From assembly GCA_012512955.1 (NCBI GenBank), contig JAAZDD010000072.1:1-60561 (forward strand): a DNA stretch of 60,561 nt, in the 5' to 3' direction. This DNA comes from Clostridia bacterium. GTDB lineage: Bacteria; Bacillota; DULZ01. The position numbers were made by a program, and so were the translations under genes. Below the pieces are notes generated by a model. That model did no database searches. It had not been told where the DNA came from and saw nothing but the letters and a program-made list of their open reading frames with translations. This document shows positions 19,158-28,555 of the stretch, one piece after another (positions within the stretch are counted from its first letter, which is position 1; every line of letters starts with the position of its first letter).

Positions 19158-19541
19158 TCACTCCTTTGGCCGGGAAGCCGTCAGATCCGGTCTCAATTGC
19201 TGTGTTTCTCCCAGGTAGATATGTCGAATCTGCTGCTGATCTAAAGTGGTGTTTACATGCATCAAGATTCGCAAAACCCTTTCCATATCCGGTGCTTCAA
19301 ACTGCTGTACATCCAGCAAAGGTACATGCCGCCATCCCAATTCCCGGGCAGCCCGGGCCGGAAAGGCTGCATTGAGGTCCTTGGTAGCGGAAAAGATGAT
19401 GCTTACGATGTCTTCAACTTCTACGTGGTTTTCCTCAATCATCCGGAGGAGCAACCGGGAGGTAGCTTCCCAAATTGCTTCCGGCGTATTTGCCGCCACG
19501 GAAACGGCACCGCGAATACCGCGAACTCTTAAGCCTGGCAA
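19158..19541 (-). CDS. aroH: AroH-type chorismate mutase
   Basis: 127 aa with VRGIRGAVSV..., FSATKDLNAAFPA and IRHIYL, closely resembling Bacillus subtilis AroH. TTG start. Confidence 0.88.
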   Translation of the reverse strand: MPGLRVRGIRGAVSVAANTPEAIWEATSRLLLRMIEENHVEVEDIVSIIFSATKDLNAAFPARAARELGWRHVPLLDVQQFEAPDMERVLRILMHVNTTLDQQQIRHIYLGETQQLRPDLTASRPKE

Positions 19542-19558
19542 TGCCTTTCAACCTCTCT

Positions 19559-19972
19559 TTACGGAACTGCCCGGTGGCCAAGGCCGATGGCTACTTCATC
19601 CAGGTGAACCAGTCCGATGCCGAAAAACACCGCCACGCTGATGTGATCATTAATCCGGGCAATTCCTATTTTACCTCCCATATTGAAACCCAATGCCTTG
19701 GGCATAATCTGGGACAGGGCTTCCCTGGCAGCTCCGGCAACTGCACCTTCATCAGCATGAGTGTCTTTGATGACTCCTTCCCGCTTGGCCGCAATGATGG
19801 CTCTCTCCACTACTTTCCCTGCTGATTGGAGATATTCACCGCCAAAATCCACCGCTGCCCCTTTCACACCTTCCTGCAGTAATTCCTTTTTAAGCCGGCT
19901 TTCCTCCTCCCTGGAGTCAGAAATCGCCAAACGAATTGCCGCCTTGGCAGCCTGTTTACTGCTACCCGCCAT
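19559..19972 (-). CDS. HutP family protein (putative ligand-activated RNA-binding regulator)
   Basis: 137 aa. It resembles HutP throughout (AIRLAISDSREEE..., VERAIIAAKREGVI, HADEGAVAGAAREA, IGIARI..., IGLGHR). Confidence 0.7.
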   Translation of the reverse strand: MAGSSKQAAKAAIRLAISDSREEESRLKKELLQEGVKGAAVDFGGEYLQSAGKVVERAIIAAKREGVIKDTHADEGAVAGAAREALSQIMPKALGFNMGGKIGIARINDHISVAVFFGIGLVHLDEVAIGLGHRAVP

Positions 19973-19986
19973 TTACTGGTCCCCCC

Positions 19987-21243
19987 TTATTCATTCCTGC
20001 CGGCAGCGGCTGACTGTCCCGCCAAATAACCAGTCGAAAAGGCTGCCTGCAAGTTATACCCTCCTGTATAGCCGTCCACATCAAGTATCTCTCCGGCAAA
20101 ATAGAGCTGAGATAGGATTTTGGACTCCATTGTTTTGGGGTTGATCTCCTTTAAGGCTACCCCTCCCGAAGTGACAATGGCCTCTGCTATAGGCCGAGGA
20201 GCAGTTACCGTTAAGGGTAGTCCCTGCAATGTGTCCAAAAGAAGCTGGCGTTCTTGTTTGGTCACTTGGTGAACCGGTTTGTGGGGTTCCAACCGGCTGA
20301 GTTTTAATACCGGTTCAATTAATTTTTGGGGCAATAAATCTTTTAGGGCATTTTTTAAATGTTTGCCGGAGTACTTGTCAAAATCCCTCAACAGGCGCCG
20401 TTCCAGAGTTTCACGATTCAAAGCCGGTTTCAAATTAATGGTCAGTCGCACCGGTCCTTGTTCCAATTCCCTTACGACCAGCCTGCTTAAAGTTAGAATG
20501 ATGGGGCCGGACACTCCGAAATGAGTAAAAAGCATTTCCCCGAATTCTTCTCCCCGCTTTTTGGGGCCCCAAACGGTTACTTTCACGTTTTTCAGCGTTA
20601 GACCCTGTACGTCTGCCACCCATTTTTCTTCGGTTTCCAGCGGGACCAGGGAGGGTCTGAGGTCAGTGACCGTATGCCCTACCGCCCGGGCCCAAGCATA
20701 ACCGTCGCCGGTAGAACCGGTCCTGGGATAGGACAAACCTCCCGTAGCTATAATAACCGCCCTGCCGGCTACTGTTCCCTGTTCGGTCATTACTCCGGTT
20801 ACCCTACCGTTTTTATGAAGCAAGCCAAGGACTTTGGTATTTGTTCTGACATCAACCTTAAGCCTGGTTAAATAACCGGTCAAAGCGGAAACAACATCTT
20901 TAGAACGATCAGAAACGGGGAAGACACGTCCTCCCCGCTCCACCTTTAATTCTACACCTAACCGGTGAAAAAAACTGATTAAGTCGTTATTCGATAGATT
21001 GGCAAAGGCACTGTACAGGAAACGACCATGCCCCGGAAACTGCTGCACAAAATGATCCAAAGGAGCGGTATTGGTAAGGTTGCTGCGCCCTTTACCGGTA
21101 ATCAAAAGCTTCAAGCCCAATCTGGCATTCTTCTCCAGCAAAACTACAGGAGCTTTTTTTTCAGCAGCCCCGATGGCGGCAAATATTCCTGCCGCACCAC
21201 CGCCTACAACAACTATCGGATCCGTCATTATTTTTTCAACCAA
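19987..21243 (-). CDS. NAD(P)/FAD-dependent oxidoreductase, HI0933/YhiN/BaiN family
   Basis: 418 aa. N-terminal dinucleotide fold [17 protein letters not shown]-terminal [18 protein letters not shown]. Confidence 0.8.
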   Translation of the reverse strand: MVEKIMTDPIVVVGGGAAGIFAAIGAAEKKAPVVLLEKNARLGLKLLITGKGRSNLTNTAPLDHFVQQFPGHGRFLYSAFANLSNNDLISFFHRLGVELKVERGGRVFPVSDRSKDVVSALTGYLTRLKVDVRTNTKVLGLLHKNGRVTGVMTEQGTVAGRAVIIATGGLSYPRTGSTGDGYAWARAVGHTVTDLRPSLVPLETEEKWVADVQGLTLKNVKVTVWGPKKRGEEFGEMLFTHFGVSGPIILTLSRLVVRELEQGPVRLTINLKPALNRETLERRLLRDFDKYSGKHLKNALKDLLPQKLIEPVLKLSRLEPHKPVHQVTKQERQLLLDTLQGLPLTVTAPRPIAEAIVTSGGVALKEINPKTMESKILSQLYFAGEILDVDGYTGGYNLQAAFSTGYLAGQSAAAGRNE

Positions 21244-22220
21244 GGCATCATATTCCTCAGTCTCGCACCTACCTGCTCGATGAGATGATCTTTATCCATT
21301 TCCGCTAAAGCATTGAACTGAGGCCGGTTAGCCTGGTTCTCCAAGACCCATTCCTTGGCAAATTCTCCGGATTGAATCTCCCAAAGAATCCGGCGCATTT
21401 CATCTTTAACGTCCTCGTTGATGATGCGGGGCCCCCTGGTCATGTCACCCCACTGGGCGGTATCACTGACGGAATAACGCATCCAGCTTAAACCGCCCTC
21501 ATACATCATGTCCACAATTAACTTTAGCTCATGGAGACACTCAAAATAAGCCATTTCCGGCTGGTAACCTGCTTCCACCAGAACCTCGAAACCTGCTTTC
21601 ACTAAAGCGGTGGCCCCGCCGCACAGGACGGCCTGTTCGCCGAACAAGTCGGTTTCCGTTTCTTCCCGGAAAGTGGTCTCAATGACCCCGGCTTTGGTGG
21701 AACCGATTCCTTTAGCAAAGGCCAGCGCATAATCTTTAGCTTTACCGGAATAATCCTGGTGAACGGCGATTAAGGCCGGGACGCCGACACCCTGTTGGTA
21801 CATCCGGCGGACCATATGCCCCGGGCTTTTGGGTGCAATCAGAAAAACGTCAACATCGGGAGGGGGCACAATTTGTTTGAAATGAATGTTGAAACCGTGG
21901 GCAAAGCTTAACGCATTACCCGGCTTCAGATTGGGCAGAATGTCTCTTTCATAAACGGCGGCTTGTCTTTCATCTGGGATCAAAACTTGTACAATATCGG
22001 CATTTTTTACTGCCTCTGCCACTGACATGACGGTGAGGCCGTCTGCCTCCGCCTGGGCCCTGGAAGGGCTACCCTCACGCAATCCAACGATTACTTTTAC
22101 ACCGCTGTCTTTAAGGTTCTGAGCCTGGGCATGTCCCTGGCTGCCGTAACCAAGAATGGCAATTGTCTTGCCCTGCAATAAACTGAGATCCGCATCATTG
22201 TCGTAATAAACTCTTAACAC
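21228..22220 (-). CDS. ilvC: Ketol-acid reductoisomerase
   Basis: Motifs [21 protein letters not shown] and QWGD. The ORF 21228..22412 is trimmed to GTG at 22220, 8 nt after AAGGAGGA, giving the canonical (M)[13 protein letters not shown]-terminus. Confidence 0.92.
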   Translation of the reverse strand: MLRVYYDNDADLSLLQGKTIAILGYGSQGHAQAQNLKDSGVKVIVGLREGSPSRAQAEADGLTVMSVAEAVKNADIVQVLIPDERQAAVYERDILPNLKPGNALSFAHGFNIHFKQIVPPPDVDVFLIAPKSPGHMVRRMYQQGVGVPALIAVHQDYSGKAKDYALAFAKGIGSTKAGVIETTFREETETDLFGEQAVLCGGATALVKAGFEVLVEAGYQPEMAYFECLHELKLIVDMMYEGGLSWMRYSVSDTAQWGDMTRGPRIINEDVKDEMRRILWEIQSGEFAKEWVLENQANRPQFNALAEMDKDHLIEQVGARLRNMMPWLKK

Positions 22221-22308
22221 GCACACTTCCTCCTTAACTTGAAAAGAATATAAACTTATAAATTCTAAAAAAAAACCAAATTTCCTCCTTATTGCCAAAT
22301 TATTGTGA

Positions 22309-22740
22309 TTACCGGCGGTGCCTGACTTCAAGAGCCAGGCGATCCAATTTAATTTCCTCGGCAATTTTAAATAATAATTTTTCCAAGCTTTGACCGGATA
22401 AAGTAATTTCATCGGGCTGGAGGATTTCGATTTTCCTGAATTCCTGTTTGATGATGAAACGAATTAAATCTTCTACGGATGCAGCCCAAAGAGTAATGAT
22501 CAAGGGGGCGTAGAAAACCTGTTCATCCATAGATACATCATAGACCTGATAAACTTCCGGGCTCAAATCAATTTCCTCAATCACAATTCCCTGATAAGGA
22601 ACGTTTCTCAATAAGGTGGCTTTTTGTTCTCTAATCTCTTCTGCGGCTTTTTCGCCGTTTTTGCCACCAAAGAAAAACCTTGGTTGAGCCTCTCCCTTAA
22701 AATCAAGTCTAATTCTGACTTGCAGGTGACCCTTCCCCAT
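22309..22740 (-). CDS. Hypothetical protein (143 aa, no family recognised)
   Basis: Intact ORF with an AGGAGAGG RBS, coding-like composition and the same orientation as its neighbours. I recognise no motif. Confidence 0.55.
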   Translation of the reverse strand: MGKGHLQVRIRLDFKGEAQPRFFFGGKNGEKAAEEIREQKATLLRNVPYQGIVIEEIDLSPEVYQVYDVSMDEQVFYAPLIITLWAASVEDLIRFIIKQEFRKIEILQPDEITLSGQSLEKLLFKIAEEIKLDRLALEVRHRR

Positions 22741-22753
22741 ACAATCCTCTCCT

Positions 22754-22774
22754 AAGAAACCCCGTAAATCGGGG
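22754..22774 (-). terminator. Weak candidate terminator between the zinc-ribbon gene and the 143-aa ORF
   Basis: Minus strand: CCCCG-ATTTA-CGGGG followed by TTTCTT. The stem is only 5 bp. Confidence 0.3.
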
Positions 22775-22834
22775 AAATATTACCTGATTCTTAATTCTTG
22801 TCCAAAAGCGGAATTCCTGTTACGGTCCATTATT

Positions 22835-23071
22835 TTATGGCCAAACCACATTACCGGAACCGCAGTTGAGACAGCTATCCAGGTGTAGGTTTGGTCTTTC
22901 TGTAAGATACTGTAATACCTCCTGATCAGCCCCTCTGTTTTCCCAGTTCACCAGATTTCCCTGGGAATCAAAACTGGCCACAAAACCGGAGCTGCCCTGC
23001 CATGCTAAAGTTGTAGGTACTTTTGTACTGCCGAAAACAATTGTATTGCCGCAATTAAGACAGCGAGGCAT
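22835..23071 (-). CDS. Small zinc-ribbon protein (78 aa, two CLNCG motifs)
   Basis: CLNCG at residues 4-8 and again near the C-terminus form a four-Cys ribbon. A GGAGGAGGG RBS precedes the ATG. Confidence 0.6.
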   Translation of the reverse strand: MPRCLNCGNTIVFGSTKVPTTLAWQGSSGFVASFDSQGNLVNWENRGADQEVLQYLTERPNLHLDSCLNCGSGNVVWP

Positions 23072-23136
23072 CCAATCCCTCCTCCTTTGGGGGTCTCTTG
23101 ATATTATTTGCCTTCGGTAGGACTTTATGCTCCGGA

Positions 23137-23862
23137 TTAGGAAATTAAATTATACAACCTCTCCACTTCTTTTTTGGTCAAATGCCGGTACTCTCCTACT
23201 TTCAGCTTCCCCAAAGTCAAAAAAGCCAATCTGACTCTTTTTAAACCTATTACAGGGTGACCTACTTGGGCAAACATACGACGGACCTGCCTGTTACGAC
23301 CTTCATGAATCACTACTTCCACCAAAGTGTCCAGGCTAAGGTTTTTGATCACCCGGACTTGGGCGGGCGCTGTCTTTTTGCCGTCGAGAATGATGCCTTG
23401 TCGTAACCGGTTCAAAGTGGCCCGGGAAGGGTATCCTTGGATCAAGGCGTGATAAGTCTTGGGAATTTCATGTTTCGGATGGGTCAGTCTATGGGCCAAT
23501 AAACCGTCATTGGTCAAGAGCAGCAAACCCTCCGTATCCAGATCCAAGCGACCTACGGGATAGATACGTTCAGGAATATTATTGACTAATTCCAGCACCG
23601 TGGGACGACCCCGTTCATCTTTTACCGTAGTCACATATCCTTTTGGCTTATTCAGTAACAAGTAGACAGGCTTGTCCTCGGGAACAACTATTTTGCCGTC
23701 CACCCTCACTTCATCCCGGCCTGGCTCCACCGTAGTGCCTAACACCGTTACGGTTTTTTGATTCACCTGTACCCGCCCGGTTTGGATCAGGTTTTCGGCT
23801 TTCCGCCGGGAGGCTAAACCGCAGCGGGCCAGGTACTTTTGCAAACGTTCTGCCATGGGCAT
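23137..23862 (-). CDS. rluB: 23S rRNA pseudouridine synthase, RsuA/RluB family with S4 domain
   Basis: 241 aa. S4 N-terminus (LQKYLARCGLASRRKAE) and catalytic GRLDLDTEGLLLLTNDG motif. Confidence 0.88.
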   Translation of the reverse strand: MPMAERLQKYLARCGLASRRKAENLIQTGRVQVNQKTVTVLGTTVEPGRDEVRVDGKIVVPEDKPVYLLLNKPKGYVTTVKDERGRPTVLELVNNIPERIYPVGRLDLDTEGLLLLTNDGLLAHRLTHPKHEIPKTYHALIQGYPSRATLNRLRQGIILDGKKTAPAQVRVIKNLSLDTLVEVVIHEGRNRQVRRMFAQVGHPVIGLKRVRLAFLTLGKLKVGEYRHLTKKEVERLYNLIS

Positions 23863-23919
23863 CTTCTCCGTTAATTGTATTCACCGGATCATAGCTACAG
23901 GTTCCTCATTAGTCAAGGG

Positions 23920-24456
23920 TTAACCGAAGACGAGGTTCGTAATAAAGATAGCCGCCATGAGGCTAGTGATGTCGGCAATCAATCCTAAATGCAGTGCATA
24001 ACGATATTTTATTATACCCACGGAACCGAAGTAAACAGTGAGGACATAGAAAGTGGTATCGGTGCTGCCCTGGGCAGTAGCGGCTAACCTGCCCAGGAAG
24101 GAATCCGGACCGTAGGTATTAATCATTTCTGCGGCAATGGCCAATGCTCCTCCTCCGGACAAGGGACGCATAATGGCCAACGGTAATATATCCGGGGGAA
24201 TCCCCAAGAGGCCGGTTACCGGTTTAATGAGATTTACCAGTAGATCCATGGCCCCGGAAGCCCGGAAAACACCTATGGCCACCAACATTCCCACCAAAAA
24301 AGGAATAATTTTGACGGCGGTATGAAATCCTTCTTCAGCACCGGCCACAAAAGTCTCGTATACTTTTACGCCCTTCAAGTAAGCGGTAACCGGAATGATG
24401 AACAAAAGGGCCGGAATTGCCCAGGTGGAAACAAGATTAACTAGCTCAATAAACAT
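23920..24456 (-). CDS. spmB: Spore maturation protein B
   Basis: Nucleoside-recognition type membrane protein. The ORF 23920..24657 is trimmed to ATG at 24456 (MFIELVNLVSTWAIPALL...), preceded by GGAGGT and lying 2 nt after the spmA stop. Confidence 0.85.
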   Translation of the reverse strand: MFIELVNLVSTWAIPALLFIIPVTAYLKGVKVYETFVAGAEEGFHTAVKIIPFLVGMLVAIGVFRASGAMDLLVNLIKPVTGLLGIPPDILPLAIMRPLSGGGALAIAAEMINTYGPDSFLGRLAATAQGSTDTTFYVLTVYFGSVGIIKYRYALHLGLIADITSLMAAIFITNLVFG

Positions 24457-24458
24457 GA

Positions 24459-25052
24459 TTACCTCCTGTGATCCCGGCCGAAACGTGCCCGGAAAAGGCG
24501 ATCCGTCAGGATGGCTACAGTCATGGCCACGCCGGTGGCAAAAATGGTGGTGCCTACTATTTCCGCAGGGTTTTGAGAGCCGGCTGCAGCCCTGACGCCA
24601 ATGATGGTGGCCGGAATTAGTGTGATGCAGGAGGTATTTAGGGCCAGGAAGGTGCACATGGCATCAGAGGCTTCATCAGGTTTGGAGTTTAAAGATTGAA
24701 GTCCTTGCATTGTTTTCAACCCAAAAGGGGTGGCTGCATTGCCTAAACCCAGAATATTGGCACTTAAGTTCATGAGGATGGCCCCCATAACCGGATGGTC
24801 TTTGGGAACACTGGGAAACAAGAAAGTGGTCAGAGGCCGCATGAGTCTGGCCAGCAGTCGTACCAAACCTGCTTCCTCGGCTATTTTCAATAATCCCAGC
24901 CATAAAGCCATGATGCCGATAAGTTCCAAAGCAATGGTTACCGCCCGTTGTGCTGAGGACAGGGCGGCGGTAGTTACCACGCCAATATTCCCGTTAATAC
25001 CTGCAACGACAATACCAGAGGCAAGCAACGCCAACCAGATCAGATTTACCAT
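24459..25052 (-). CDS. spmA: Spore maturation protein A
   Basis: 197 aa. MVNLIWLALLASGIVVAG..., NLSANILGLGNAATPFG. The spmA-spmB pairing matches Bacillus. Confidence 0.88.
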   Translation of the reverse strand: MVNLIWLALLASGIVVAGINGNIGVVTTAALSSAQRAVTIALELIGIMALWLGLLKIAEEAGLVRLLARLMRPLTTFLFPSVPKDHPVMGAILMNLSANILGLGNAATPFGLKTMQGLQSLNSKPDEASDAMCTFLALNTSCITLIPATIIGVRAAAGSQNPAEIVGTTIFATGVAMTVAILTDRLFRARFGRDHRR

Positions 25053-25116
25053 TAAGACACCCCCTGCCTATTAGCAGGTTTATGAAATAATGGTAAATTT
25101 TAGACCGAAGCCCCAC

Positions 25117-25140
25117 AAAAAAAACACTCCTTAAGAGTGT
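25117..25140 (-). terminator. Rho-independent terminator after ytfJ
   Basis: Minus strand: ACACTC-TTAAG-GAGTGT followed by TTTTTTTT. It starts 4 nt after the ytfJ stop. Confidence 0.6.
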
Positions 25141-25143
25141 CTC

Positions 25144-25590
25144 TTAGTGGGATTCCGCCTCCGTTTCCTCTTGTTCCTGGGCCGTTCTCTTGGTCTTTCT
25201 GGTATTTTGCCAGGTTTCCTGGATCTGGTGTAAAACCCGTGGTGTGAGATCGATTAGCCTGTCAATGGGAGAACCACCGTCTACCGGCAGCAGTTTTACC
25301 TCTTCGTTGCCTACTACCAAAAAACCGACCGGCTGGACCGATACCCCGGCACCGCTGCCACCGCCGAAAGGAAATTGAGACTGTTTGTTGCCTCCGGAGT
25401 TCTGTTCTCCGTTGGTCAAAGTATAATCTCCACCTCCGGCAGCAAAGCCGCAGAGTACTTTAGTAACAGGGATCACCACTGATCCGTCAGGTGTTTCCAC
25501 AGGTTCACCGACAATGGTGTTCACATCCACCATTTCTTTGATACTTTCCATTGCTGTACGCATCAATGCTTCAATGGGATGGTTGTTCAA
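25144..25590 (-). CDS. ytfJ: Sporulation protein YtfJ (GerW family)
   Basis: HPIEALMRTAMESIKEMVDVNTIVGEPV, and a FPFGGGSGAGVSVQPVGFLVV core. The probable start is TTG at 25590 after GAGGTG. The annotated ORF extension to 25674 overlaps ytfI. Confidence 0.8.
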   Translation of the reverse strand: MNNHPIEALMRTAMESIKEMVDVNTIVGEPVETPDGSVVIPVTKVLCGFAAGGGDYTLTNGEQNSGGNKQSQFPFGGGSGAGVSVQPVGFLVVGNEEVKLLPVDGGSPIDRLIDLTPRVLHQIQETWQNTRKTKRTAQEQEETEAESH

Positions 25591-26182
25591 CCTTGTCACC
25601 TCTGAAAAAGGAACATAAAATGAGCCAAACAGTCCGACCTGCGGCAGTAATAATATGGCCCCCACGGAAGGCAAATATACAGCGAAATTCCAATTCCAGT
25701 GTTGTCTCCTGAAAGTCGGGTACTACCGTAAAACAAGGGATGGCAAATACCCCGGCAGTAGCTTCAACCAGGTACCGGTAAAGCCTATGTTTTAAATGCC
25801 AAAGACTGCCGGCAATGATCCCTGTTAAAGCGGGATTGGCAGTTCCAACCCGCGTCGACCATTCTAAATGCCGTATCCCTGCTTTTTTCAAGAGACCCTG
25901 ACCGGAAAATACTTTAGTAAAATGAGAAGGGATAGGTAATTTCTCTTTGGTAGCGGGGAAAAGATCCCTGTCAGAATCCAGTAGATAGTAGCTTAATAGG
26001 CTGGGCAAGTTATCTAATAAAGAGACGGTCCTGGACTGGAAGAATTCCCACGGACCCAGGCTGTATTTCAGGGCCAGAAAATCTTCCCGGCTGTTTTTCC
26101 TCAATTGTATTTCCACCCGGAAGGGAGCTAACAGAGCCGACAGCAGCAACAGGCTCACTCCCATGACCACTACCCATCCCAT
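25571..26182 (-). CDS. ytfI: DUF2953 family protein (YtfI-like)
   Basis: 203 aa with an N-terminal TM helix. It sits immediately upstream of ytfJ, as in the Bacillus ytfIJ operon. The family call is from memory. Confidence 0.6.
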   Translation of the reverse strand: MGWVVVMGVSLLLLSALLAPFRVEIQLRKNSREDFLALKYSLGPWEFFQSRTVSLLDNLPSLLSYYLLDSDRDLFPATKEKLPIPSHFTKVFSGQGLLKKAGIRHLEWSTRVGTANPALTGIIAGSLWHLKHRLYRYLVEATAGVFAIPCFTVVPDFQETTLELEFRCIFAFRGGHIITAAGRTVWLILCSFFRGDKVEQPSH

Positions 26183-26258
26183 AACCTACATCCTTTGCCA
26201 ATATCTGCCCTTAATTAATGTGCCCGGAGGCTCCGGTATTGATACAAACGTCAAGGGA

Positions 26259-26771
26259 TTAAGTGTTTTCCAGGGGGGGCAGCTCCTTGAGACTGGAGAG
26301 ACCCAAGTATGCCAGGAACTCGGAGGTCGTACCGTAAAGAATTGGTCTGCCGGGCGTCTCTTTACGGCCTACTTCTTGAATCAGGTTTCTTTCCAATAAG
26401 TTGGCAAGGAGGTGATCTACCTTCACTCCCCGGATGGATTCGATTTCCGCCCTGGTTACCGGCTGCCGGTAAGCGATAATGGCCAGGGTTTCCAGGGCAG
26501 GCCTGGACAAAGGGTTGACTCTGGGCCGGCAGAGTTTTTCCAGGTAAGGGGCATAAGCCGGTTTGGTGGCCATTTTGTACCCGCCGGCTAACTTTTGGAT
26601 CTGGAGACCACGGGCCGAATGGTTATACTCATTGATCAGTTCAGTCAATAATTCTTCTATTTCCGGAACCGGCAAATCCATGATTCCCGCCAACTCTTAT
26701 GTGGTAAGAGGCTCCATGGTAGCAAACAGCAAACATTCCAAAGCCGCTTTCAAATCCTCAGCAAACAGCAT
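26259..26771 (-). pseudogene. scpB: Segregation and condensation protein B interrupted by an in-frame TAA (codon 25)
   Basis: ATG at 26771 overlaps the scpA stop and reads MLFAEDLKAALECLLFATMEPLTT, then TAA (26699-26697). It then continues in the same frame as ELAGIMDLPVPEIEELL...GRPILYGTT. The whole stretch aligns with full-length ScpB. Confidence 0.65.
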
Positions 26772-27516
26772 TGTCTTGTCCTCCCCTGACAGAAGCAAGG
26801 AAAATGCCAATGGGTCCGAAATTGGCCTGTTGATAAACTTCAACCCGGCCAAGCCGGAGGAGTTCCAGCAAGGCCAAAAAGGTCACCACCACCCGGGAGG
26901 GGGAAGTCATTTCCGGCAGTAGATCCTTGAACTCCAACCTGTGCGGTCTTTGTCGCAATGTCTCTAAAATCATTTCCATCTGTGTTCCGACGGTAACAGT
27001 CTCCTGACTGATTTCATGAACCGGTTCCGGCACCTGAGCTGCCTCCAGGGCCTGTTTGTACAGCGTAAATAGATCCCAGGGAGACACATTATTCAACGGA
27101 TTAGGGGGAATAATCCCGGCTGCAAAACCGTTGAAATCAAAAGGATGGTCATAGACCTGCTGCTGCAGCCGCTCCTTTTCCTTCAGGTCCTTGACAACGG
27201 ACTTATATTTTTGGTATTCCAGCAGCTTTACGATTAATTCTTCCCTGGGATCTGCCTCCGGAAGGGGAGCATCTTCCCGAATTGATGGTCTGGGCAGTAA
27301 CATCCTGGCTTTAATGGACAACAGGGTTGCTCCCATGACCAGAAACTCACTGGCCACTCCCAAATCCAATTGTTCCATTGCCTTTAAATAAGCCAGGTAC
27401 TGTTCCGTAATCCGGGCAATGGGAATATCATTGATGTCCAGTTCCTGCTTTTCAATTAAATGGAGCAATAGATCCAGGGGACCTTCAAAAACCTCCAGTT
27501 TAATGTTGTAACTCAT
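26758..27516 (-). CDS. scpA: Segregation and condensation protein A
   Basis: MSYNIKLEVFEGPLDLLLHLIEKQELDINDIPIA is the canonical ScpA N-terminus. ATG at 27516 follows GGAGGG. Confidence 0.9.
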   Translation of the reverse strand: MSYNIKLEVFEGPLDLLLHLIEKQELDINDIPIARITEQYLAYLKAMEQLDLGVASEFLVMGATLLSIKARMLLPRPSIREDAPLPEADPREELIVKLLEYQKYKSVVKDLKEKERLQQQVYDHPFDFNGFAAGIIPPNPLNNVSPWDLFTLYKQALEAAQVPEPVHEISQETVTVGTQMEMILETLRQRPHRLEFKDLLPEMTSPSRVVVTFLALLELLRLGRVEVYQQANFGPIGIFLASVRGGQDNAVC

Positions 27517-27536
27517 GTTCCCTCCAGGTTTCATGG

Positions 27537-28529
27537 TTACCATCCGACTGACATTACTTCCCGGACCAAGGCCATGGTCTTTTCCGCCTCAAGAGTTGCT
27601 TTTTTCCGGCCTTCCGCCAGTATTTCCTTTACCCATTCCGGTTTCTGTTCCAAAGACTTTCTTTTTTCTCTGATAGGTGCCAGGATTTCCTCTAACTTCC
27701 CAGTCAGTTGCTTTTTGCATTCTACACAGCCGATTTGTCCGGCCCGGCAGCTTTCTTCCAATGAAGCCACATCTTCGGGAGCATAAAACTGGTGGTAGGT
27801 ATGCACCACACATACTTCCGGATGGCCCGGGTCGTCTTTTCGGATGCGAGCAGGATCAGTAACCATTTGCCGTACTTTCTGGGCCAGTTCATTGGAATCA
27901 ATACCGATGGCAATTTCGTTGCCGTAGCTCTTGGACATTTTGCGACCATCCGTTCCCGGCAATACCTCCTGACGGGACAGGGACGCCTGGGGTTCCGGGA
28001 ACAAAGAAACCTGGTACAGGTAATTAAATCGCCTGGCAATTTCCCGGCATAATTCCAGGTGGGGCAACTGGTCTACGCCAACAGGCACCGTATCCGCACG
28101 GTAAACGAGAATGTCCGCGGCCATAAGGAGAGGATAACCCAAAAAGCCAACGGTATTAATGTCTTTTCCCTGGAGTTTGAGCTGTTGAACTTGATCCTTA
28201 TAAGTAGGAACACGTTCCAGCCAGGGCAGGGGCGTAATCATGGACAATAATAAATGAAGTTCTCCATGTTGTTTGACTTGTGACTGAATGAAAACGGCAC
28301 TTTTTTCCGGATCCAAACCCACGCTTAACCAATCCAAAGCCATGTCCATTATATGGTCAGGCAGTGATTTGGTGTCGTCATAAGCTGTAGTAAGGGCATG
28401 CCAATCCACAATACCGAAAAAACACTCATGACTGTCTTGCAAACGGACCCAGTTTTCCAGGACACTGAGATGGCCGATATGCAACTTACCTGTGGGACGC
28501 ATCCCACTGAAGATTCTACCTTGCTTCAT
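27537..28529 (-). CDS. trpS: Tryptophan--tRNA ligase
   Basis: HIGH-type motif (GKLHIGH) and KMSKS motif. ATG at 28529 is preferred over TTG at 28547. Confidence 0.93.
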   Translation of the reverse strand: MKQGRIFSGMRPTGKLHIGHLSVLENWVRLQDSHECFFGIVDWHALTTAYDDTKSLPDHIMDMALDWLSVGLDPEKSAVFIQSQVKQHGELHLLLSMITPLPWLERVPTYKDQVQQLKLQGKDINTVGFLGYPLLMAADILVYRADTVPVGVDQLPHLELCREIARRFNYLYQVSLFPEPQASLSRQEVLPGTDGRKMSKSYGNEIAIGIDSNELAQKVRQMVTDPARIRKDDPGHPEVCVVHTYHQFYAPEDVASLEESCRAGQIGCVECKKQLTGKLEEILAPIREKRKSLEQKPEWVKEILAEGRKKATLEAEKTMALVREVMSVGW

Positions 28530-28555
28530 GTCTGCCAGTCCTTTCAAAATATTAT

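Noticed and set aside
21228-22412. Long N-terminal extensions of several minus-strand ORFs (ilvC to 22412, spoIIP to 10163, DUF1614 to 10845, spmB to 24657, lysA to 33234, spoVAEA to 36955, dodecin to 39172, sigF to 40010, spo0A to 51784, ComB-like to 46776)
   Set aside because: The extensions overlap upstream genes or terminators and lack homology-like sequence. Internal start codons preceded by good RBSs reproduce the canonical N-termini, so the shorter coordinates are reported.
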